The position numbers and the translations under genes are program-made. 64,000 nt of DNA, taken from Alphaproteobacteria bacterium (GTDB lineage Bacteria > Pseudomonadota > Alphaproteobacteria > UBA2966). Where the stretch lies: the NCBI GenBank assembly GCA_964291395.2, contig OZ219856.1, positions 2,528,001 to 2,592,000 of the forward strand, in the 5' to 3' direction. Below the pieces are notes generated by a model, which was not told the DNA's origin, did no database searches, and was given only the letters and a program-made list of their open reading frames with translations. Of this stretch, positions 7,933 through 17,495 are shown one piece after another (the first letter of the stretch is position 1; each line of letters begins with the position of its first letter).

Positions 7933-10254
7933 ATGGTACGCAATCGAAATCTCACATTGAGCCATTGGGGCGCTTACGAGCTGGAAATCGAGGGCGGCGA
8001 CGTTGCAGCTGTCCATTCTTATGAGAATGACCCCGATCCTTCGCCGATCGGGCAGTCGTTCGTGGGATCGCTCCGGCACCGAAGTCGAATCTCTCAACCT
8101 GCCGTGCGACGGGGTTGGCTCGAACGCGGGCCTCACGATCACGGGGGCGGACGTGGCTGGGAGCCGTTCGTCTCAATCGGCTGGGATGACGCACTGGACC
8201 TCGTGGCCGCCGAACTTGACCGGGTCCGGAAGGAACACGGGAACAGTGCCATCTTCGGCGGTTCGTACGGCTGGGCGAGCGCCGGACGATTTCATCACGC
8301 ACAAAGCCAGATTCACCGTTTCCTGAATGGGATTGGCGGTTACACCTACTCCGTCGATACCTATTCGACGGCGGCGGCGCGGGTCGTCATCCCGCATGTT
8401 CTGGGCAAGGATTTCTACTACGAAGTCGCCATGTCGATGACGGCGTGGCCGGTCATTGCGGAACATACCCGCCTGGTCGTCGCCTTCGGTGGAGTCGCAC
8501 TCAAGAACGCACAATGCAACGCTGCAGGCATCGTTCGTCACACCGCCCGGCATTGGCTCCGGCGTGCCCGCGACAATGATGTCGAATTCGTCAACATCAG
8601 TCCGCTGAAAGAGGACGCCGCGGACTTCCTCGACGCGGAATGGTGGCCGCTGAAACCCAATACCGATACCGCGATGATGCTGGGTCTGGCCCACACCCTG
8701 GTCGCGGAAGATCTTCACGATCGCGGGTTCCTTTCAAGCCATTGCACGGGTTTCGATCGCTTTCTGCCGTATCTGATGGGCAAGAAAGACGGCGTGGCGA
8801 AAAATGCCGAATGGGCCTCAGCCATAACCGGAATTGATGCGGGCCGGATCCGAGCTCTCGCGCGGCGCATGGCCGGTACGCGCACCATGATCATGGTGGC
8901 GCGGGCGCTCCAACGCGGAGACCACGGCGAACAACCCTATTGGATGGGAGCGGTGCTCGCGGCAATGCTTGGTCAGATCGGCCTGCCGGGAGGGGGCGTC
9001 GGGTTCGGATATGCCGCAGAAGGGGGAAACGGCACGCCTGTGCGATTGCTGCGCGGCCCGACGCTGCCGCAGGGCGCGAACAAGGTCGAAAAGTTCATCC
9101 CGGTTGCACGGATCGCCGACGCCTTGCTTCAGCCGGGTGAGGCGTATGATTACAACGGACATCGGTTGACGTTTCCCGACATTCGACTCGTCTACTGGTG
9201 CGGCGGTAATCCATTCCACCATCATCAGGACTTGAACCGCCTGGCAGCGGCTTGGCAACGGCCGGAGACAATCGTCGTGCACGAGCCTTATTGGAATTCT
9301 CTTGCCCGTCACGCCGATATCGTCCTGCCTGCGACGACACCCCTCGAACGCAACGACATCGGGCGGGCCAACAACGACTCGCACATCGTTGCCATGCCGC
9401 AGGCCGTGCCGCCGCCCGGTGAGGCTCGGAACGACTACGACATGTTCCGAGCTCTGGCCTCCCGCCTCGGCTTTGAAGAGCGCTTCACGGAAGGCCGCAG
9501 CGAAATGGAGTGGCTACGCCATCTTTACGACGTGTTCCGCCAACAAGCCGCTCGCGATGATATCGAGCTTCCCGACTTCGAGGAGTTCTGGCACCTCAAC
9601 ATCCTTGAGCTTCCCCTCGAGGACAACGACCGTGTGCTGTTGGCCGACTTCCGTCAGGACCCGCAAGAATGCCCCCTGCCGACCCCTTCCGGCCGCATCG
9701 AGATATTCTCCGAAACGATTGACGGTTTCGGCTACGACGATTGTCCCGGCCATCCGGTATGGCTGGAGCCGGCAGAATGGCTTGGTTCGGAACTGACGCG
9801 AAAATTTCCGCTGCATCTCCTGTCGAATCAGCCCAGGACCCGACTGCACAGCCAGTTGGACTTCGGGTCTACCAGCACGGACTCAAAGATCAAGAACAGG
9901 GAACCACTCCTGATTCATATCGACGACGCCCGTTCGCGAGGCATCCTGGACGGCGACATCGTGCGGATATTCAACGACCGGGGCGCCAGCCTCGCGGGAG
10001 CGCGTCTAACTTCGGATATCAGACCCGGTGTCGTGATGCTGAGCACCGGTGCCTGGTACGACCCGGCTATGCCTGGCGGTTTGGACCGTCACGGAAATCC
10101 CAATGTCCTGACCCTGGACAAGGGCACGTCACGCCTCGCACAGGGACCCAGTTCGAACACCACGTTGGTAGAGATCGAGAGCCTATCGGACCCTGCGCCG
10201 GCGATCGAAATCTTCGACCCGCCCGAGATTCATGCACGTGCCGCTGAAGATTGA
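7933..10254 (+). CDS. Mo-bisPGD oxidoreductase, BisC/TorZ/DMSO reductase family (no Tat signal)
   Basis: SHWGAY, PAVRRGWL, FGGSYGWASAGRFHHAQ, GGNPFHHHQD, RLHSQLD, GNPNVLTLDKGTSRLAQG; start 7906 or 7933. Confidence 0.9.
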   Translation: MVRNRNLTLSHWGAYELEIEGGDVAAVHSYENDPDPSPIGQSFVGSLRHRSRISQPAVRRGWLERGPHDHGGGRGWEPFVSIGWDDALDLVAAELDRVRKEHGNSAIFGGSYGWASAGRFHHAQSQIHRFLNGIGGYTYSVDTYSTAAARVVIPHVLGKDFYYEVAMSMTAWPVIAEHTRLVVAFGGVALKNAQCNAAGIVRHTARHWLRRARDNDVEFVNISPLKEDAADFLDAEWWPLKPNTDTAMMLGLAHTLVAEDLHDRGFLSSHCTGFDRFLPYLMGKKDGVAKNAEWASAITGIDAGRIRALARRMAGTRTMIMVARALQRGDHGEQPYWMGAVLAAMLGQIGLPGGGVGFGYAAEGGNGTPVRLLRGPTLPQGANKVEKFIPVARIADALLQPGEAYDYNGHRLTFPDIRLVYWCGGNPFHHHQDLNRLAAAWQRPETIVVHEPYWNSLARHADIVLPATTPLERNDIGRANNDSHIVAMPQAVPPPGEARNDYDMFRALASRLGFEERFTEGRSEMEWLRHLYDVFRQQAARDDIELPDFEEFWHLNILELPLEDNDRVLLADFRQDPQECPLPTPSGRIEIFSETIDGFGYDDCPGHPVWLEPAEWLGSELTRKFPLHLLSNQPRTRLHSQLDFGSTSTDSKIKNREPLLIHIDDARSRGILDGDIVRIFNDRGASLAGARLTSDIRPGVVMLSTGAWYDPAMPGGLDRHGNPNVLTLDKGTSRLAQGPSSNTTLVEIESLSDPAPAIEIFDPPEIHARAAED

Positions 10255-10294
10255 TCTATTCCTCGGCGCCCGTTTCCTAGCCATCCCGACCTGC

Positions 10295-10490
10295 TTGACC
10301 GGTCTTGGGGGGTGAGCGGTCGTACAAACGGCCTCCAACGGGGTTCGACAGCCCCTACTCACCCTCGCCGGGAAAATATCGGCGATTGGGACATCCGAAG
10401 TTTCGGCGATGCGGGCGATGGTATCCATCTCGGTCCACAACAAACGAGACCGTCGCAATCTTCGACCGTATCGGTGCCCTCCTGGGTCAA
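10295..10490 (+). ncRNA. Candidate structured RNA element of unknown family (possibly IS110/IS1111-derived non-coding end)
   Basis: Nested helices with G-U pairs on the + strand: 10308-16/10358-66, 10318-23/10328-33, 10340-45/10350-55, 10407-14/10466-73, 10415-22/10449-56; closed by TTGACC/GGTCAA. Confidence 0.5.
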
Positions 10491-10494
10491 AGCG

Positions 10495-11355
10495 TCAGGC
10501 GCTCAGCCTCTCGGCGATCGAAAGAATTCGATGCATGTCGCGCAACACCGGCTTTTCAATCAGCTTTCCGTCGATGACCACGAGCCCGGTATCCGCCTCC
10601 TCGAAAGCATTTATGATCCGTCTCGCGTGCGCGATCGTCGCCTCGTCCGGCGTGAACACCTCGTTCAGGATCGCAATCTGCTTCGGATGGATGGAGCCTT
10701 TTCCGCTGAACCCCATGTCGCGGACAAGTTCGGCCTCACGCCGCATCCCGTCCGAATCTTCGAGGTCGAGATAAGGCACGTCGATCGCATCCAACCCTTC
10801 CGACGCGGCGGCATGCACCACACGGGACCGGGCATAGAGCAACGGCTCCCAAGCATTTTTGCAACGGAGCTCGGCGGCCATGTCGACGCCGCCGAAGAAC
10901 AATGCGTCGATCCTCGAGCTGGATCGCGCGATGTCATGCACCGCTTCCAGCGCGGCGTTGGTCTCGATGATCACGTGCAGTCGGGTACCATGGCCCCGTT
11001 CGGTCAGCAGATCATCCAGCCAGACCACCTCGTCCGGAGTACGGACCTTCGGAAGCATCAGCGCCGGCGGCGGAGTGTCGGCCGCCAGCACCGCCTGCAC
11101 GTCCGCCAAGCCGAATGCCTCGCGCGGACAGTTGATCCGCACGATGCGCTCCACACCGTCATCGGCTTGCGGCTCGGCGAACAAAGCCATCGCATTGCGT
11201 CGCGCCGTTTCCTTGTCCTTGGGCGCGATACCGTCCTCCAGTTCGACACAGACGATGTCGGTTCCGGACGCCAGCGCCTTCGGGAACAATTCCGGACGCA
11301 AGCCGGGCGAGAAGATAAAGCTCCGACGCGGCCGGACCGTCCGTTCCTGGGTCAT
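10495..11355 (-). CDS. CoA-ester lyase (CitE/HpcH family)
   Basis: PRRSFIFSPG, ELEDGI, IVRINC, LMLPKV, IIET, FFGGVDM, GKGSIHPKQI; start MTQERT. Confidence 0.9.
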   Translation of the reverse strand: MTQERTVRPRRSFIFSPGLRPELFPKALASGTDIVCVELEDGIAPKDKETARRNAMALFAEPQADDGVERIVRINCPREAFGLADVQAVLAADTPPPALMLPKVRTPDEVVWLDDLLTERGHGTRLHVIIETNAALEAVHDIARSSSRIDALFFGGVDMAAELRCKNAWEPLLYARSRVVHAAASEGLDAIDVPYLDLEDSDGMRREAELVRDMGFSGKGSIHPKQIAILNEVFTPDEATIAHARRIINAFEEADTGLVVIDGKLIEKPVLRDMHRILSIAERLSA

Positions 11356-11653
11356 GATGTCTCCTTGGATCTGATGAGTACCTGGATCAGCTTTTCCGCT
11401 TCCTCGGGCTTCAGCCGGTAAACGTAATCCTCGTCCGGAAAGACGCCTAGCCTGCTCCTCCAAAATCACGAGATCTGGTCTTCCGTAAACCTGCCGCGCT
11501 TCAAGTGAAGTCCTAAGGTAGCTGGAAAATTTGGTCGGGGCGCCTCCTCGCCGAGGGTTCATCGGCCGGTGGCGGCTGCCGCCGGCGTTGGAGGCCGGGA
11601 TCGGACCCTGCGCAAACGCGTATCGCAACAGCATGACGGGCGCGGCACGGCGT

Positions 11654-12325
11654 TCACGGGCCGCCTGCAGATTTTGGCCCGGGTGCGGCCCAGGCGGCGA
11701 AGCCGGCAAGCAGGGCCGCAAGCACCGCCCACCCCTGCCAAGCACCCATCGTGAAGAGCGTGAGCGCGGAGACCGCAAGCCACAGCGCCGGGACGACGCA
11801 TAAGAGGGCCGTCCACCGGCTGCGCTCCGCGAACGCAAGCAGGGCGAGCGTGGCGGCGGCGGTCGGATCGGGCGCGACCGCGAAGACCTCCGCCTCTTGC
11901 CAGGACCGTCCGTCGAGAGGCGCGAAGACCGGCCAGGCCAGAAGCGCCGCCGCCAAAAGCCCGATGCCCATTCGAACCCCTCTTCCCCGCCTGGCGAAGG
12001 CCGGCCGGCCCGTGAGGCCCAGCGCCGCCAGAAGCGCGCCCTCGGCATAGAACCCCCAGGCGAGCGTCGGCGCGGCCCAATTGACCGTCCCGTAACGCAG
12101 CGCCACGAACTGCCACCCGACCCAGAGCCACGCCGCGCCGAGCGCGGGGCCGAGCCACCACCCGGACGGCCGCCAGCCGCGCAGCAGGCAGAGGACAAGC
12201 AGCGCGCCCGCTGCCAGCAGCAGCGGTTGGGCCGGCCAGACTGCCTCGTTTTCAAGCGCGAAGAGCCGCCAATAGACACGTGCCGAGAATGGCAGCAAGT
12301 CCTCCAGCACCCAGGACCCCACCAT
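11654..12325 (-). CDS. Membrane protein, DUF6064-like
   Basis: LEDLLPFSARVYWRLFALEN..WPAQ, APDPTAAATL; multiple TM segments. Confidence 0.7.
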   Translation of the reverse strand: MVGSWVLEDLLPFSARVYWRLFALENEAVWPAQPLLLAAGALLVLCLLRGWRPSGWWLGPALGAAWLWVGWQFVALRYGTVNWAAPTLAWGFYAEGALLAALGLTGRPAFARRGRGVRMGIGLLAAALLAWPVFAPLDGRSWQEAEVFAVAPDPTAAATLALLAFAERSRWTALLCVVPALWLAVSALTLFTMGAWQGWAVLAALLAGFAAWAAPGPKSAGGP

Positions 12326-12383
12326 CGCGGGCCTCTATTCCGTCCCTGCCATCCGCGAGCCCACCGGCCCGAACGGCATGGTC

Positions 12384-13286
12384 CTACAGGTCACGCACAT
12401 GCTTCGCCATGCGCCGGCGCATGGCCGCGTCCGGCACGGGGCCGAAAGCGGCGGATTTGTTCTCGCGCAGATGGTCCACCCGCCGGGTCGCGGGGATGGC
12501 GGCCGTGACCGCAGGGTGCGAGAGGATAAATTTCAGAAGGAACTGCGGCCAAGTGGACACTTCGATCTCCCGCGCCCAACCTGGCAGCGGGCGGCCCGCA
12601 AGCCGGTCCGGCAAACGACCGCGCCGGAACGGCCGGTTGCAGATGACCGCGATCCCGCGCTCCAGGGCGAGCGGCAGCAGGCGCCGTTCCGCCTCCCGGT
12701 CCACGATGTTGTAGGTGAGCTGGACGAAATCTGGCGGCCGGCGGCGCATGACCTCCTCCAGTTCGCCGTGCCGGCGTCCATGCGAGGTGGTGACGCCGGT
12801 ATAGCGCAGCCGGCCAGCCTCCTTCATGGCAGCGAGGGTGTCGAGATTCTTCTCCCAGTCCAACAGATTGTGGACCTGCAGCAGATCGAAGCGCGGCACG
12901 CCCCAGCGCCGGGCCGTTTCCGTGATCTGCGCGGGGCCGGCGGCGGCCCGGGTCCAGACCTTGTCGGCGGAGAACAGGCCCGGCGGACGGCCCAGCCGCT
13001 CCAACGCGTCGCCGATCACCTCCTGCGAGGAGCCGTACATGGGCGAGGAATCGACAATGCCCCCACCCGCCTCGAAGAAGGCGGCCATGACGGCCCGGCA
13101 TTCGGCGCGCAGCAGCGGATCGTCGCCCACGTTGAAGGTGATCCAGCTTCCGATCCCCACCGCCGGGACTGGCTCTCCGGTCGCCGGAATGCGCTTCAAG
13201 AGCTTCACTCCGGCCGAGGTTCCGAGCGCCGACGCCGCAAGCGTCGCGCCCGCCCCAGCCAACACCGCCCGGCGTGTCACGCGCAT
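12384..13286 (-). CDS. Aldo/keto reductase with Tat-like leader
   Basis: TRRAVL leader, VGIGSW, DSSPMYG, DLLQVHNL, AIPATRRVDHLREN. Confidence 0.88.
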   Translation of the reverse strand: MRVTRRAVLAGAGATLAASALGTSAGVKLLKRIPATGEPVPAVGIGSWITFNVGDDPLLRAECRAVMAAFFEAGGGIVDSSPMYGSSQEVIGDALERLGRPPGLFSADKVWTRAAAGPAQITETARRWGVPRFDLLQVHNLLDWEKNLDTLAAMKEAGRLRYTGVTTSHGRRHGELEEVMRRRPPDFVQLTYNIVDREAERRLLPLALERGIAVICNRPFRRGRLPDRLAGRPLPGWAREIEVSTWPQFLLKFILSHPAVTAAIPATRRVDHLRENKSAAFGPVPDAAMRRRMAKHVRDL

Positions 13287-13393
13287 GAGGAACCTCCCCT
13301 TTCTGCCTTCCGCAAGAGTAGACCGTCGTTCCGTCCGGGCGAATCGCTCGGGGTGTCCGGCTTTGAGTGATTTGAAGTATTTCCTGTGAATGC

Positions 13394-14179
13394 CTAGTCC
13401 TCGAACGGCAGGACAATGTTTTGGATCATCCGGCCGCCGTCGACGAACATCGTGTGACCGGTGAGGTAGGCGGAGTCCTCACTCGCCAGAAAGAGCACCG
13501 CGTCGGCGATATCGCGCGGTTCGGCAAGCCTTCCTATCGGTGTGCGCGCAAGCACACGCGTCATCGCTGCCGGGTTGGTGTCGTAGTTCAACAGACCGGC
13601 CGACATATCGGTTACGACCGTGCCCGGTCCTACCGCGTTTACGCGGATTCCCTTGTCCGCCAGCGCCAACCCGACGCTGCGCGTGAGTTGAAAGACGCCC
13701 GCCTTCGACACGCAATAGCCGATCTGCTCCGGCATGCCGAGGAAAGCCGTCACCGAACAGATGTTGACGATGGCACCCTTCGTCCCGGCTTTCACCATCT
13801 CTCGCGCGGCTGCCTGAGAAACGATGAACACGCCCCGAAGATTGACGTCGATGACCGCGTCGAAGTCTTCGATGTCCGTTTCAAGAAAATCTCCAATTCG
13901 CGTGATCCCCGCGTTGTTGACGACGATGTCCAAGCCGCCCAACCTTGAGACGGTATCCGCAGCAAGCTTCGCCGCTGACGCCGGATCGCTCACGTCGCAC
14001 TGCGCGAACGCCGCCTCGTGCCCGTCGCCGGTCAACGAGGCAACCGCCTCGTCCCCCAGGTCGGAATTGATCTCACCGATCATGATCGCAGCACCCTCCT
14101 CCGCGAGGCGCTTGGCCGTCGCCATGCCGATACCGCGACCGCCTCCGGTGACGATTGCAACCTTTCCCTCAAGTCTCAT
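13394..14179 (-). CDS. Short-chain dehydrogenase/reductase
   Basis: TGGGRGIG, NNAG, YCVSK, IRVNAVGPG, VDGG. Confidence 0.93.
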   Translation of the reverse strand: MRLEGKVAIVTGGGRGIGMATAKRLAEEGAAIMIGEINSDLGDEAVASLTGDGHEAAFAQCDVSDPASAAKLAADTVSRLGGLDIVVNNAGITRIGDFLETDIEDFDAVIDVNLRGVFIVSQAAAREMVKAGTKGAIVNICSVTAFLGMPEQIGYCVSKAGVFQLTRSVGLALADKGIRVNAVGPGTVVTDMSAGLLNYDTNPAAMTRVLARTPIGRLAEPRDIADAVLFLASEDSAYLTGHTMFVDGGRMIQNIVLPFED

Positions 14180-14274
14180 CTCCAATCCTCTCCAACGAAT
14201 TCGTCTGAAAACGCAGCTTCGAAGGAACCTGCGCGGCTGGCAGATCGCCTGCCGGCATCACGTCATTTAATGTC

Positions 14275-14362
14275 ATCCTGCCACCGCTGTCTCGATAATG
14301 CCGGTGCCGATGGCGTTGACGCGAATTCCATGTTCGGCGAGGGCCAGCGCCATGGCCTTGGC
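14275..14362 (-). pseudogene. Internal SDR gene fragment
   Basis: Reads AKAMALALAEHGIRVNAIGTGIIET, bounded by stops. Confidence 0.55.
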
Positions 14363-14414
14363 CTAGCCATGGGTGCCATGCTTAGTTGTGTCCGACGAAT
14401 GCCGGGATGCCATC

Positions 14415-15086
14415 ATGACCAACCAGATCAACGCCGACTTCTCGCAGTCCATCGTCGTTCGGACGAATGACATGGAATGGCAGAAAAGTCCCGCACCGGG
14501 AATCTGGCGCAAACGCTTGGAACTGGTCGGAGAGATCGAGGCGGGCCGGGTCACGTCTCTCGTGCGATTCGATCCTGGCGCCAAATTCCCGGATCACTTC
14601 CACCCGGACGGAGAAGAGATTCTCGTCCTCGACGGTGTGTTCTCCGACGAGAGCGGTGACTACCCCGCCGGCAGCTACCTTCTCAACCCGGAAGGCACGA
14701 ACCACGCTCCCTGGTCCGAGCGAGGCTGCACGCTGTTCGTGAAATTACAGCAGTATCCGGGAACGGGTCGACCACAGGTCGTCATCGATACCACGTCCGT
14801 GGAATGGCGTCCGGGTCGTGTGGACGGCATGGAATTCCTACCGCTCTACAACGATCCGGAGCCCGGCGAGGGGTTCACCCGCCTGACCCGAATACCGCCG
14901 GGATGCGAATTGGGGCGGGATCCTCATCCGGGCGGCGAAGAGGTGTTCGTCGTCGACGGCTGCGTTGAGGATGAATACGGCCGGCATGAAGCAGGTACCT
15001 GGTTCCGCCATCCGGCCGGAAGCGTGCATCACCCGTACTCGCCGGAGGGATGCCTGCTTTATGTAAAGCGGGAACATCTCGGCTGA
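14415..15086 (+). CDS. ChrR-like tandem cupin protein
   Basis: INADFSQ, WQKSPAPGIWRKRL, HFHPDGEEILVLDG, HPGGEEVFVVDG. Confidence 0.88.
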   Translation: MTNQINADFSQSIVVRTNDMEWQKSPAPGIWRKRLELVGEIEAGRVTSLVRFDPGAKFPDHFHPDGEEILVLDGVFSDESGDYPAGSYLLNPEGTNHAPWSERGCTLFVKLQQYPGTGRPQVVIDTTSVEWRPGRVDGMEFLPLYNDPEPGEGFTRLTRIPPGCELGRDPHPGGEEVFVVDGCVEDEYGRHEAGTWFRHPAGSVHHPYSPEGCLLYVKREHLG

Positions 15087-15218
15087 GGACACCCGGCCGG
15101 GCACCACGACGGATGGCATTGGGAAAGAACGACCACGGGCGCGCGACTCGGGGGCAAGACGGCGTTCGTTTCCTCAGGCGCCGTCCGTGTCCGCCGCCAC
15201 GTCAGATAGAAAACGGTC

Positions 15219-15376
15219 CAGACTGTGTGAAAACATTAGTGAGACAAAATTTTGAAGAAAACAATTCCTAATTATCTTTCTATACAGAATATAAAGTCAC
15301 AAGCTTTGTAAGTTTCGAAGCTCCCGAGAAAATATTTCTGCGTATCGGGGCGGAGCTTGGCTTTTCACACAGTCTG
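15219..15376. mobile_element. MITE (158 bp) with IS1182-like terminal inverted repeats
   Basis: Perfect 15-bp TIR CAGACTGTGTGAAAA/TTTTCACACAGTCTG; GGTC duplicated at 15215-18 and 15377-80; AT-rich interior; family assignment from memory. Confidence 0.8.
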
Positions 15377-15513
15377 GGTCATTTTTCGAGCGGATTGCCG
15401 CTGTGGAGACACTACAGGACGCCGGGCGCCCGAGGGCGCGAGTGATCGGAAAATGCTCTAGTGTACATGCCGCAAGAATCCGAATCTTTTTTCCAAGAAT
15501 ACGGTCCGCCGGC

Positions 15514-16512
15514 ATGACTGAAACGATCATGGAACCGACCCAAGATGGTTTAATCCGCGGCTCCTTCCGCTACATGAAAACTTCGGTGGAGTCGTCGCTC
15601 TACCGGAACGGCAAAGTGCTGACCCGGCGCGACCGCGACGGCAGCGACCGCGACCGCGTCGGCGTCGATCTGGAATACCGCGAGATGGCGGTCATCGACG
15701 CCCGCACGCTCTCGCCGTCCCAGCAGCCGACGCTGGACGCCAACGGTTTCGAGCTGATCGAACGGCCGACGGCCGATCCCGACCTGGATTTTCTCGATCA
15801 CGAAGCGGTGGTGCGAGCCTACTATCCAGAATGCGCTGACATTGTGCGCGCGTCGACTGGCGCCGTCGCCGTCGCGGCCTTCGATCACAACGTCCGCTCC
15901 GCCACCGGCAAGTCCGGCAATCGACGCATCTCGGGCGGCCAACAGGTGCAGGGACCGGCCCATCTGGTGCATAGCGATTACACCCTGACCAGCGCGCCCC
16001 AGCGGCTGCGCGACCTGGCGCGCCCACCGACACTGAACGACACCTACCGCACGGCGCTCGCCGAAGGCGAGACGCTGCTGGACGCCGAGGCGGTCGAGCA
16101 GGCGATCGGGGACCGGCGCTTCGCGATCGTCAATGTCTGGCGCAATATCGCCCGCGAACCGGTGGCGACCCGGCCTCTCGCCCTGTGCGACGCGGCGAGC
16201 GTGCATCCGGAGGAGCTCGTTGTCTTCGAAATCCACTACAAGGACCGGATCGGCGAAAACTATTTCGCCAAGCACGATCCGCGTCACCGCTGGATTTATT
16301 GGTCTGCCATGACCTGCGACGAGGCGCTGCTCATCAAACAGTGGGATTCGGCGGGGGAAATGGCCCACTCCAAGGGCGCCAGAGCCGATGCCGTCAGCGA
16401 AGGCCGGCCCTGCACCTTCAGCTTCCACAGCGCCTTCGAGGACCCCGCGACGCCGCCCGACGCCCCGGATCGGTGGAGCATCGAAGTCCGCTGCGCCGCG
16501 CTCTACGGGTGA
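15514..16512 (+). CDS. CmcJ/NvfI family oxidoreductase
   Basis: LDANGFEL, YYPECA, FDHNVRS, VHSDYT, VNVWRNI, PLALCDA, HSAFEDP, RWSIEVRC. Confidence 0.85.
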   Translation: MTETIMEPTQDGLIRGSFRYMKTSVESSLYRNGKVLTRRDRDGSDRDRVGVDLEYREMAVIDARTLSPSQQPTLDANGFELIERPTADPDLDFLDHEAVVRAYYPECADIVRASTGAVAVAAFDHNVRSATGKSGNRRISGGQQVQGPAHLVHSDYTLTSAPQRLRDLARPPTLNDTYRTALAEGETLLDAEAVEQAIGDRRFAIVNVWRNIAREPVATRPLALCDAASVHPEELVVFEIHYKDRIGENYFAKHDPRHRWIYWSAMTCDEALLIKQWDSAGEMAHSKGARADAVSEGRPCTFSFHSAFEDPATPPDAPDRWSIEVRCAALYG

Positions 16513-16600
16513 AGCGACCGCGCGGCGTTTCGTACGTGGCAACCAGACGGAAGCTAAACTGCCTTTCCGCGCGACGACCGCGTCTGTATACCGTGCGGGC

Positions 16601-17401
16601 ATGCAACCAATCCTCCAGTCCTCCCTCGGACGGGTTTTGGCATGGCGGCACGCAATCCTGGCGTTTCCGGTCTGTCTGCTTATGGCGGTCGCCGCTCCCG
16701 CGAACGCCGGGAGCGAGGACGCCGCCTTCGACTGGACGGGGACCTATGCAGGCATCTTCGCCGGCTCCGGGCGGGCGGACAACCGGATCGTCGATGTCGA
16801 GGGCTTCGCGAATTGGGGCAATCCTGGATGGACGGTGGATTACGGCGAGTCCGAATTCGTCGGCGGAGCACTGATCGGCAGGAAGCTCGATATCGGCGGC
16901 CTGCCTCTCAGGATCGAATTCGACGGCACGTTCGGCCGCTTGCCGGCATCCTCGAACAAGCTCGATCCGGAAGGCCTGGACGAGACGGTCGATTCGAAGT
17001 TTCGATGGATCGCTACCGCTCGCGGCGGCATGGATCACAGCATCGGCCCCGCTACGGTGTTCGCCGTCGGCGGACTGGCGGTCGCCCGGATCGACAACTC
17101 CGTGACAGACGTCGATTTCGGCCCCGGCATGCCGACGCGGGTGGACCCCGACGACTCGTTCCGCGACAGTTCCACGGAGGTCGGCTGGACGGTCGGATTG
17201 GGGATCGAAGCTCCGCTGACAGACACCTGGACCCTGCGGCTGGAGGGATCGTATCTGGAATTCGGGGGGCGCACCCACTACGTGAACCGCTTGGGCGATG
17301 CCCGTTGCGGGCCCGACAAGCCTCGCCGGCCCTGTCCCTACGAAGTCGAGAATGAACTCGGCATCATGCGTCTGGCGGTCATTCGCCGTTTCGGCCCATA
17401 G
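16601..17401 (+). CDS. Outer-membrane beta-barrel protein (Omp25/RopB-like)
   Basis: Signal peptide, FDWTGTYAG, GWTVGLGIE, WTLRLEGSY, terminal F. Confidence 0.8.
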   Translation: MQPILQSSLGRVLAWRHAILAFPVCLLMAVAAPANAGSEDAAFDWTGTYAGIFAGSGRADNRIVDVEGFANWGNPGWTVDYGESEFVGGALIGRKLDIGGLPLRIEFDGTFGRLPASSNKLDPEGLDETVDSKFRWIATARGGMDHSIGPATVFAVGGLAVARIDNSVTDVDFGPGMPTRVDPDDSFRDSSTEVGWTVGLGIEAPLTDTWTLRLEGSYLEFGGRTHYVNRLGDARCGPDKPRRPCPYEVENELGIMRLAVIRRFGP

Positions 17402-17495
17402 CGCACGTTGTTCGGCGCGCAAGTTTGACTCCGCTCGCTTGCGCAATATGAACTACTCGGTACGACTACCGGCACCGGAGGCCGGCTGATCCCAT

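Noticed and set aside
10307-10370. tRNA/tmRNA-like look (GGGG..GGTTCGAC..CC)
   Set aside because: No D arm or proper anticodon arm, wrong T-loop geometry and no CCA; kept only as part of the unknown structured element
10495-12279. 594-aa ORF
   Set aside because: Only the C-terminal 286 aa are CitE-like; the extension overlaps another gene out of frame
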